DNA of 64,000 nt from Catajapyx aquilonaris (lineage: Eukaryota): assembly GCA_000934665.2 (NCBI GenBank), contig JYFJ02001996.1:1-64000 (forward strand), read 5' to 3'. The number at the start of each line of letters is the position of its first letter. Within the stretch, counting starts at the first letter, position 1. Made by a program: the position numbers and the translations under genes. Shown here in pieces: positions 11,962 to 23,900 of the stretch. Under the pieces are notes generated by a model that saw only the letters and a list, made by a program, of their open reading frames with translations, made no database searches and was not told the DNA's origin.

Positions 11962-14900
11962 TTACATCTTTGGAGGTGGCCTGGGGTTGAAACTTCTTGC
12001 TGGTATTCTCGGGGCACTTGGTACCGGTGGCTGAGATGGGTGTGGTAGCAAGCCAAGTGGCCGAGATGGATGAGGCACATTAGGAGTTTGAGGAGCAGGG
12101 ATGTTTCTCCTGTGTGTTGACCGGTAGTTGGCAGCAGTCACCCCGGGCCGGGGAGCCATATCACCTCCCATCTGTGTCAAACTGCAATTGGCAGCAGCCA
12201 TCCCGGGCCTGGGAGCCATGTTGCCTCCCATCTGCGTCAAACTGCAATTGGCAGCAGCCATGCCAGTCCTAGGAGCCATATCGGCTCCCAACTGTGTTGA
12301 AATGCAGTTGGAAGGATCCCTGGGCCTGGAAGCCATGCTGCCAAGAAAATGTGTCATACTGGAATTGACAGGAACCCTGGGCCTGGGACCCATGTCGCCC
12401 CCCATCTGTGACAAACTGCAGTTGGCAGTTACCCTGGGCCTGGGGCCAATGTTGCCTCCCATTTGTGACAAACTGCAGTTGGCAGGTACCCTTGGTCTGG
12501 AGGCCATGTCACAGCCTCCAATCTGTGACAAATGACAGTTGGCAGGAACCCTGAGCCTAAGACCCATGTCATTTCCCATCGGTGACAAATTGAGGCTGGC
12601 AGGAACCCTGAGCCTGGAACCAACGTCGCCTGCAATCGGTGACAAATTGCAGCTGGCAGGAACCCTGAGCCTGGAACCCATGTTGCCTGCAATCGGTGAC
12701 AAATTGCAGCTGGCAGGAAACCTCGAACTTGGAGCCATGTTGCCTCCCATATATGACAAATTGCAGCTGGCAGGAACCCTGGGCCTATGAGCCATGTTGC
12801 CTCCCAACTGTGACATATTGCAGTTGGTAGGAACCCTGGGCCTGGGAACCATGTCACCTCCCATCTGTGACAAACTGCAGTTGGTAGGAACCCTGGGCCT
12901 GGGAACCATGTTGCCTCCCATCTGTGACAAACTGCAGTTGGTAGGTATCCTTGACCTGGAAGCCATGTCACCTGCCATCTGTGACAAACTGCCAATGGCA
13001 GGAACCCTGGTCCTGGAAGCCATGTCACCTGCCATCTGTGACAAACTGCCAATGGCAGGAGCCCTGGTCCTGGAAGGCATGTTGCCTGCCACTGTCACTG
13101 ACTGTGAATACATCACAGACAGTGTTTGTCTTACGGATGAAATACCAGGGGTTATTGGAGAGGGCTGTTGTGGTCGTACAGTTGTACTTGTTGGGCTGGC
13201 CATACTTGCTGCTGCAAAAGTAATCCATAAGTCCAGCATGCAACACCTCCCTAATCATGAATATAGAAAACATTCAACTTACGTCCATAACGCCTTCGTG
13301 GGAAGGCATATCCAACAGCGGCATTAGCATAATTGAAAGGTTGGTGCTGGCGAAGATGGGCTGGCGGTGATCCAGGTGGCGGCGGTGGCGGGCTTTCGTC
13401 GTCGTCATCGTCGTCATCGTCATATCTCATTCTGCCCACATTACGAATGACCTTCACCTGATGTGGAAAGTGTACAATGCACTAGCTATCTTAGCAATCA
13501 CATCCAAATATGTTAGATTTCTTGCTTAAAACTTCACTGCTCCTGCATAGTCAGGCAGTTCCTATTGAGCAAGCCTGCACTTTCTGGCCTACAAGGTTTT
13601 ATTGCATACCTGTTAATTCGGACCTGTATATTACGATTTCATTTGTTACCACTTCGTAAAAGTGCCCGTTTGGCAGCCATCTCCTTTCACATTTTCGCTT
13701 ATACTTCAGCTGTGGTGCATTTGAGAACAATATTCTCCTCTTTCAAGGTTACAGAGGATTGTATGGCAAACCTTTTGGTACAACCCGTAATATCCTGGGG
13801 GTAGTAGTTTCAAAGTTACGGCCGGTTTTCTGCATTTAAGACTGAAAAAGTGAACCATTATGCTGTTCTTTTTTGCTTGTAATTTCGTTTTCGCTTACTG
13901 ACGAAATATTTTGTTGAACCAAAAGTCTGAGAAAATGTCATTGCAAGTATTTTTGTACAGGGAATGGCCTAATCGGATAATTAAGAGTGAAGTAATCTTA
14001 CGTTAACACACATACAATTAGCAAGTCATTTTTGGTGGAAAATAGGCAAATCATCAACAAATTGTGACAAAAAGTAAAGTTTTTTAAGACTCAAAAAACT
14101 ACCCCGACAACATATCAAAAGTCTAGGAAAATCTAAGCGTGGGAAAGCCGCCATATTGGATGCCATCTTGGATTAACTGCGAAATCAGTCAAGTGCACAT
14201 AATTTACTCTATGGTTCCGATTTCCTTCCAAAATACAGGGTGTTCCCTGTAACTCTGTCAAGACTTACAGGGGTAAAAGAGGGGACCAAGACAAGTATTT
14301 TTCACATAGGAAGCCGTGTCCGGAAACGCCATCTAGAGGGGGTCAATAGACGAGGAATGGGTGCACTCAAGACACGTCAAGAGGGAGGCGCTAACGAGCG
14401 GACCGTTTAGTTGCTAGGTGGCGCACGGATAGTAAACAATGGCCCAAAAACGTAATAACCTGGCAACAACAGACCCACCTCGTAACTAAAGCATGCTTGC
14501 TAGGTAGCCTGCGGATAGTAAACAATGACTTTGTGGTTGCCAGGTTATTGTAAATTGCACTGTTGTTTACTACCCGCATGTGCTAAATGGTCCGGCTGGG
14601 ATCGAACCCGGGACCTTAACATCCGTGGGCGCGTGCGTTACCGCAGCACCACTCCACCTCCCTGTGTTTTACAAATTGGCAAAAGAGACTAAAACGGACA
14701 AAAAAACTAAGGTGTCAAAAGGTTAAATTACCAGCCAGTGAAGAAAGTCCTGCGCTATTCTGACGAGCCCATAAAATCTAGGTGTGGATAGGGGTCCACA
14801 TTTTTTTTAGACAATTATTTTAATTCTTTCAAGTTTTCATATGTACTGCAAACCCTAAAGAGGAAAGGCATATGGGCCATTCCACGTGAAATCATCATGA

Positions 14901-17900
14901 GGTATGCTGATGAATTTTAGATTTCCAAAATAATTTGCAGGGAGATAGACCTATCCCTAAACTCTAGATTTCCCGAATATTTCGCTCCGCTGTCCTCAAG
15001 GTCACGAGAGGTGAGGGGATATGTCCGAGGGGGCACATTGCAACTTTCAAACAGAGCCACTTTCAGAATCGAATATCTCAATAACTACGCTTCGTAGCGA
15101 CTCTTCTCATGGAACATTTCTTTCAGATCATACGAAGTAGGATTTGAAAATGTAATCACTTACGCAATATATGTATTGTGTAATGAGTTACAGCCTCCAC
15201 AATATCTGTATTTTTTGTCATAATTTGCTCTCTTTCAGAATTTTTTATAGCCATAAAATTGTATTAATTTGCAAATATTATACCTTGTCGGAGACATATC
15301 CATGTACCTGATCTCTCGCAAATTATTTAGCACTGTACAATATATAAACTTGGAGAATTTAACAGTCGTATTTTGAAGAAACCTCATTTTGGCCATTATT
15401 GAGGCGCGAAAAAAGGTATGCGGGACAACGATTAAAAATCAGGGAGTGAGTTATTCTGATAGTCCAAAACGTGGGCTTTCAGAAAAGATCTACCTGATAT
15501 ATGATAATGTGGCCTGGAGAGACGGTAGGGCCTTTTGTTTGAAGGCAAGTTCCGCCGGCAGCAGCGGCATCTTCACCCGGCCATCATCGGATGGCTTCGG
15601 ACCGTGCTTCGGACTCTCCAGTGTTCTCCCGTGGGGGCAGTATGATGGCCGGGTGAAAGCCCACGTTTTGGACTATCAGAATGACTCACTTCCTGATTTT
15701 TAATCGTTGTCCCACATATTGTTGTAGGTTAATTAATGGGTAAATAGGTAAATATGTCTGAGGATAAGGTCCATAGACCATAAGTCCATACACGCCAGCG
15801 TGGCCAGGGCATCCGGAGTAGTGGCTGGTGACGAGGGGGGAGGGGGGCTTGTTTTTGACGAAGTACAGTATTGCATAGTGTAATATTTAAATTTAATATT
15901 GAGTGTCTGTTTCTGAGGTGGGCAGGGGTGGGGGGTGGGACGGGTTGTTTTTTAGGTTTATGCTCTTGAGTTTTATTAGTTCATATGTTGGGTTAGCTTG
16001 CGTCTCCCTTCATCGCTGACTACCCCTCATAGGGAAATGTCGTGATGTTGTTGTTGTCCCACATACCTCTTTTCACGCCTCAATAATGGCCAAAATGAAG
16101 TTTCTTCAAAATACGACTGTTAAATTCTCCGAGTTTACATATTGTACAGCGCTAAATAATTTGCGAGAGATCAGGTACATGGATATGTCTCCGACAAGGT
16201 ATAATATTTGCAAATTAATACAATTTTATGGCTATAAAAAATTCCGAAAGAGAGCAAATTATGACAAAAATACAGATATTGCGGAGGCTGTAACTCATTA
16301 CACAATACATATATCGCGTAAGTGATTACATTTTCACATCCTACTTCGTATGATCTGAAAAAAATGTTCCATGAGAAGAGTCGCTACGAAGCGTAGTTAT
16401 TGAGATATTCGATTCTGAAAGTGGCTCTGTTTGAAAGTTGCAATGTGCCCACTCGGACATATCCCCTCACCTCTCGTGACCTTGAGGACAGCGGAGCGAA
16501 ATACTTGGGAAATCTAGAGTTTAGGGATAGGTCTATCTTCCTGCAAATTATTTTGGAAATCTAAAATTCATGAGCATACCTCGTGATGATTTCACGTGGA
16601 ATGGCCCATATTTAATAATTATGAAGACAATCTGCAGAAAACACAACTTGATGGCAAATTATAAGTCTCTCAATGTCAGAGAAAGCAAACTGAGCCAGGT
16701 TAAATTGATTGCTCTAGTAATTAATTTACTCTAATCAATCGATCCTGTGGCTACTAAAAATTTGCCAACTTGTAAATATGACATGCACTAGTTGGCATTA
16801 CATGCATTTTCTGTGCTCCCAATTAGTGCCCTCATCTGCCCACTCTTATCTCCCTGATGACTTTTGCCACTTTCCCCCCGGACGGTTCCCCACAGTCTGA
16901 TTGAATACAGCTCAGTGCCGTGAACAAAATTCAGCACTTGGTTGGCTAAGGAAATCCGGGGAGTTTTCCCTTGTTGTCTAAGGTGCAAGGCCTTTTTGCA
17001 GTGAAAGGACAGGCCAATGAAGGTCTCAACCAATGGTTTGACCCACCCCAGTGCAACTCCAATTTTTTCCGTATAGGTTTCCCCCTCCGACCGCCGTGAT
17101 GGTAGAGCGGCATATCGTAGTAAGGTAGGGTGCCGCTAGGCTTTAGTGCCGATGCTTGGCCCCTTCCTTCAGTTACATTAGGTCCAAGTCTGCACACAGC
17201 GAATCTGGTGGCGGAACACGGCGGACCAAGACTCCCAAACCGCCAATTCAAATCTAGTAGGCATGATCCGTTCCGGTCCGTTCATTCCCCCCGTTTCCCC
17301 CTCCGTTCTCAATCAATAGTAATAATTTTCGTCGCAGTGAGGGGTGTCGCTCCATGCACTCACGGTAAGAATCCGTCGGGTGGGTCTCTAGAGATCCATG
17401 CGATAAGGGGGCTAGTTTCCAGACCTGTACATATGTACAAAAACTCGGGGAGGTGTAGATGGGCGAGATGGTAATGGCTCGGCTTGCTGAGTGAAAGGCC
17501 CCAGGTTCGATCCCCACCTGGGGAACTTTCCTTTCACCTGCGTCAGGAGGGTCTCTGACCTGCACCAAGGAGGTGTCTGGCAACCTAACTTTGTGGGGAA
17601 CAGCACATGACCCCTTTACAGACCTTGCACTTGCACCACATGTTCCCTCCTCAAAAATCCCTATCCTTACCCATGTCCCTGTCTCCTTGCACCAGTGAGC
17701 GAAGAAAAATAGTACACAGTTACTAGAAAACTGATGGTGGTGTGCCACCCCCCTAAAAAGGCTCCGCCTTATCATGGGGTAATGTAAAATATATACATAC
17801 ACACAAAAACTCCTTTGCCGTGGTTTGACCGGTGTAGCGATAAAGCGGTTATTCACCAGCGTGTAGTAGAGATAGTGTGTGAAGTTTCCTACATGAGCCT

Positions 17901-20900
17901 GTGTTTTTTCCGCAATATCGTACCCTGCAGGATCCTCAGGGAAATGTTCCAGGGCAGGTAGGAACCCAACCACAAATTTAGCAGGCACAAGAGATAAACA
18001 AGCAGGTCAGCCACATTTCCCACTAAGCAGTCCCTACACACCCTTCCCTCCAGTTAAAATTGTGCAACCCAAAAAAAAGTGTACAGGAGAATTTAAGCAC
18101 AATACACCATCCTTTAATTGGAGTATGGTTAAAATTTGCATGCTGATGATGGCAAACGACTTTAACAGGCACATTAAGCAACCCCTCTGAATTCTGCCTT
18201 AGTTCTTTGCTTGGCCGCGACGGTTCACACCTGGCAAGCCACGGCCAGGCCACGGCTTACAAGGGCAGCGGCCATGCACGGCCCGTCTGCACGGCCCCAA
18301 TAGCATTGGTGCCAAAAAATAATAATTATACACCATGGAAACAACACACACTAGCAATGAAAAGCATCTCAAAAAAAAAACTACCCCTCACCTTGACCTT
18401 CTTTTTCTGCCTCATCCCATGAGGTGGGTCAGACACAGGGTCAGGCGGTGGAGGTGATGGCATGTCTTCACCACCAGAGGGAGATGTCCCTTCCCCAGGC
18501 TTGATCCCATCAGCAAAGGTTACCGATTTTCGCTTCTCCGCATTGTCAAATAAGGGTTTTTCCCTGCAAGTCAGAATCCAGTTATGATCCACATTATGGG
18601 ACTCAATTGGGTAACTTACCTGAATCCGGCAGAAATCAAAATGCCCCTCCCCGGTGGTGGTAGTGGAACGGCATCAGTCTTCTTCTTTCTCTTCACCATC
18701 CGTTTCACCTTAGTCGTTTTAGTGGTAGTGGGTTTTGCAGAAGCCTCTGGAATCTCATCCTCACTATATGGAACTTCGCTAATTGCTTCCTGTGAATATG
18801 AAATATTTTAATAAGTGACATGTTTCCCTCTTCACAATTTGACTACTCACTTGGATTAATTTCATTTCCTCTGGATCAATGTCCCCTTGAAATGATGACT
18901 CTCCACTCGCCTCTTGGGCAGCTTCCCCAGCAATGGCTTCCACCTGGCAGGAAAAAATGTCCCACTCTTAGTGCTCCGTCTGAAGCCTTTGAGGCATTAC
19001 GTAACTTTGTGCTCAAACCTGGTCTCAGAAAAATTACCTGCACTATCTTTGTCTGAGGTCCTTGGAGCGTATCTTTCACTTTGAACTTCTTTTCTGGCAG
19101 TCTCCTCCTCACTTTTTTCTTTGCAATGACCCTTGGCTTCAGAGTTATAGTGTGGTTTGAAACTTGACCTGAGTGAAGAACAATGTCATAATTTGTGGGT
19201 TATTTACATCTTTGAGTACACTTACCAACTGACGTTAGTGGAGGTGGAGGCGGTGGGGGAGGTGGAGGTGGTACCATACCAATACAAGGTGACAATGAAC
19301 TGGTTTCTAACTGTCCAGTTGCCATCGGAACTGGCTCTGCCTGAGATAACAGGCGACTTGTGGATGGGAGCATAGGTGAAACAGGTGGTGGCATAGGAAC
19401 TGGGATTGAGGATGATCCCTTCATGGGTTTCAAGTGGCCAGCAGTTGAATCAGATGATGTTGGAATCCTCGATTGCAAGACAGTGGCAGGTGAGAAAGGA
19501 GGAGTTAAGGGAAGACCAGAACCTGGAACTGTTGCAGTGGGCGTAGGAGATGACATTTTTAGTGGGAAGGAAGTAGGTGAAGGTAGTGCTTGGGCCACTG
19601 CACAACCACGTGAAACTAAGGCAACCGATTCCACACCTGGGCCTGGTGAGAATGAAGCAGCAGGAGAAAGTTTGATGGCAGCATGCGAGACAGGAGGCAC
19701 AGGTGAAACTGGCAGTGGTGAGTAGGGTGTCGTGGCTGGCATAGGAACAGGAGCTGGAGCAGAGGTCACGCACCATGTACTGGTTGACAAACGGACGTTC
19801 ATGTCAGAAGTGATGGGTGGAGGTGGAGTTGTTATAGGTGGAGTAGGATGAGCCTGAATCACTGCACTTGTAAGTGGTGCAGGCGGTGGAGCCATTGGTG
19901 ACGGCTTCATGACAGGAGATATTGGTGAACTCTGAAGAATACTGCATGAGTTTCCAGGCTGAAGACTGTTGCCAAACTGCACTCCCTGGCCCGTAGATGA
20001 TGTCTCCTTCCATGCCTGGAACGAGTGGACAATGAGTAATGTATCAAAGAACGCGGTCTAATGCATATTTGTCAAAAATAAAAGGCAAAATTATGCTGTA
20101 TTGCCCAGTAATTTACAAAGTGCTGGTATAAAAAAAGAGGTTGACCAGGGGGCTGGTACTGTATATGCTGGAGAAACTGGCTAGCCAGTATAAAGTGGGG
20201 TTATTTTTGCGATTTTTCCCTTCCCTTTAATGGTATTCCCAAAAAAATTAATAGACATACTATCAAATGACAGGCTCAGTGCAATACCGCCCTAACCCAC
20301 CTAATGACACAAATTGAGTTTCACACACTTGCCCAAGTTTTGTGATTTTCTGTCAGTTGATCATTGTTATTCGGTTTTTGCTCTGGTTTGTGACCTTGTA
20401 TTTATACTTTAGGCCTATAAAAATTGGTCCAACTTTTTATTTTCTGTAACATTATCCTCCATATGCCCGCAAAAGTAAAATTTTCGTGGCTTTTTGAGGT
20501 TTTTTCATGCCTATTTCAGGGTTTATTTGCACATAAAAATACGGACTCTAGTACAGTTAAATCCTGATAACTCGAATACGGATAACTCGAAATTCTCAAT
20601 AAGCCGAGGAAAACCTTGGGACTTGGCAGATTGTCCATATACAGGGTGGTTCAGAGTCATGGGTCAAGCGCGCGCGAGGGGGTGGGGAAAAATCGTAGGT
20701 GGCGACAACCCTGGTTGGTTTGATAAAACAATTAGAAATACGGCAGTAATTAATTTATTTCTTACGGCCGTACAGCGTGCCATCACATCCTTTCTGTTCG
20801 AATTGACTGGTAGGCGTGCAGTGGTTTGAACCTGGTTGAACAGCTTTTTAGCCTTACAGGTTGCACTGAAAAAGGAGCCCTCCTGCTATACCGGCAGGGT

Positions 20901-23900
20901 ACTGTACACACTACTTTGTACAGTACCCTTCCGGTATAGCAGGAGTGCACCTTTTTCAGTGCAACCCGCAAGGCTAAAATGCCTTTCAACCAGGTTCAAC
21001 TCACTGCACGCCTGCCAGTCCGCGCCAGTCAATTCGAACAGAAAGGATGTGACCGCACTACAGCCCTAAGAAATAAATTGATTACTGCCGTATTTCTAAC
21101 AGGGATTGTCGCCACCTACGATTTTTCCCCACCCCCTCGCGCGCGCTTGACCCGTGACTCTGAAACACCCTGTATGCAAAGCAAATTGAATTCCGATAAC
21201 TCAAATTTGTATAACTCGATTTTCTCGATAAGTCGAATATATTTTGTGATCTTCCGCAGCACTTTCACTATTAATAGGTCAAATTTTGTCAACACCAGGG
21301 AATTTCCAAGTTGGGAAAACGTGGCATGATTCATTCTTGGAGATTTCGACTCCAGCTGGTTAATTCACGATAAGCCGCGAAGGAATGCACAAAGCCATCT
21401 GAAAGCCATGTGTTTTCAGCTCCCTTTCTTGCAGATAGCATCCATTCCTTTGCAGTGGTGACATCCCTTTCGCCTCAGAGCAGTCAGAGGCCCTAATCTA
21501 CAGTCATCTAGTGGTCACTTAACGTGTCCCAGTAGCAAGAAGCATACTGTACGCTACAGTAAGTTCGAGACTACACTGTACTGCACAGTGCTGTTATAAC
21601 CCCTAAAACGGGTTTCAGCACTATAAAAGCAATAAACAATACACTATACAGATACAGTACAGCACACGACATACTGCAGGTATTTAATTTGTGCAGGAGC
21701 TGTTTTCCCCACCACATTCGATAAGTCGAATTTTTCCCTCTGTCCCATGGTGGTTCGACTTATCAGGATTTCGCTGTAATGACATTGCAGTGGTATGCAG
21801 CCAGTAACACTTGTACAGGGTTGGCAATAATCAATGATTATTTTAAAATAATCAAATAATCGGATTATTTTGATTATAATCGGATTATTTTGATAATAAT
21901 GTTATTATTTGTAGTACAGCACTTTATTTCATTTTCCTGATAAAAACCCCACCTGCTATTTGAAGAAAATCAAGAAATGTATGTCAATATTGTCAAACAT
22001 GTTACATTCCAAGGAAAAGTACAATATACAGTCAATCCTCGTTTAACACGGATTCCGCTTACTTGGGAGCGACTAGCCGACTACACTATTCAGTAGTGTA
22101 CCTGTGTATCAACAGTTCAAAAAGTTGGCTGCCCGCTCGACGCTCAGGGACAATTCTTTTTGAACTGTTGATACATACCTGTAAGTCTGTAACACTTACA
22201 GTATTATTGTACACTACTGTATTACGCAGAAAGCAGTGCCTGATGTACTACCTCTGTGGCTCTGTCCTGTTCTCATGTACTGATTATGATAATTAAACTG
22301 TAGTTTACTAGGGGCGACACGGTGGCCGAGTGGTTAGCGCTGCAGCCTTCCACCTCTAAGGTCCCGAGTTCGATCCCTGGGTCGGACGGAGGATACTTAT
22401 GTGGATAGAGTTTCGATGGGTTCTCTCCGTGCTAACTATGCCATCTCAAGAGTCAGCTTAGCAATCCAATTTTGGGTGATTAGTCCCTAACTCACGATCC
22501 AACGCCTTCTGCATGTGGTATAACGTCATTTACAGCCACATTTGTGCTTGGATTGGCATGAACTGGCACACAAATAGTTGCCTTTGCATGAAGCAAGGGA
22601 CCTGTGCACATTTGGGGTGGCCCTGGGGCAAAGTAGCCCCCCAAAAATATCTACACATACAGCATACAGTTTGTGAGCAGATCAGTGAATCTGAACTTGT
22701 CCTCGATTGAAAATTTCAGACTTCTTATCTGTTTGGCTCCCTACCCAACCTTATTCTCTCTCTCTCTCTCTCTCTCCATCCTTCTCTTGCTCTTCCGCTT
22801 CCTGCCACTCACCCTGGCCTGCAGAATCCTTCTGCTATTCATTACCATGCACATTTTCAGAACTATGGAGGCAGCCAGCTGGATGGAGTCACACAACTTG
22901 TTAAACCAATGGAGAACGGGAACCACCACAAATGGACAGTGCTTGGAAAGGGCACACCACCGACTGTGAGGTTTCCTAACCCCATTATTAATTTAACTTT
23001 CAGAAGCCCCCATACAATGCAACTCCCAGTAACCATGAAGTTTGTGCTATCTTGTAGAGTCGAATCCCTCAATAACGAAATTGAAGGGAACCCAATTTTC
23101 TTTTGTTATATGCGAAATTAGTTATATAAAAAACGCGTTTAAACCTCCCTTTTTTTTCGATATTTAGGCGTTATATTAAGCCCTGGTAGCGGGAAAAATA
23201 GTTACAAAATTCCTTCGCGCTAAATTATATGATCTCACAAAAGCTCGGCGCAAAGTCGACAACAATAAGTTACAGCAATTGGCCGCAAGTAGTAGACCCA
23301 AGGGGGGAAAGAGGAAATGGTGGGGAAAGATGATAAGGAAAGGTCAGGCTCTTATCTCCTGTGAATATTCCCAGGTTTTAACCACCTGCCTCCTTCCCTC
23401 TCAGAGCGACAGCCCTCCCCCCTCTCAGAGAATCCTTTCCCTTCCATTAGGACCCCAAATTATCAACTTTTGGACGGAATGTGTGAAAAAAGGTTGAATC
23501 CGAACACACAGATGGTGATTTATGGCCCAATTTGCCAACTTCCGCCCTTTTTCGGCCCAGAGGTGGGACTGGAGGAGCGAGATTTTTTCGTTATATGCGA
23601 ACCGAAACCGAAAATCCTTTCGTTAAAAGCGGATATTTTTAACATGGGTTTATATGGGGCCTCTGATGGTCACAAATTTTCTTTCGTTATAAGGGGATTT
23701 GTTATAGAGGGATTCAACTGTAGTTACTTAAGTTCTAGTTAGCCCGTTTTATTTGCATTCGTACATCCAGGCCTAAATATAACACCACACGACTCACACC
23801 CATCCCCCGACACTCCTACCCCAGCCATATGGAGACCCCTGCGAGCTTAGCTGCCCCCCTCCCAATAAGATGGTGCTTCTCATGCAAACCTGGAGCAGAA

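Noticed and set aside
12533..12790. In-frame TGAs as selenocysteine or readthrough codons
   Set aside because: They lie in the antisense frame at Leu/Gly unit positions; no SECIS recognised; STK11IP uses TGA as its stop.
12110..13090. CRISPR-like regular repeat
   Set aside because: Contiguous degenerate units with no unique spacers, inside a spliced eukaryotic exon; no cas genes.
17254..17988. 244-aa minus-strand ORF
   Set aside because: Runs antisense through a SINE inside an intron; no recognisable protein motifs.
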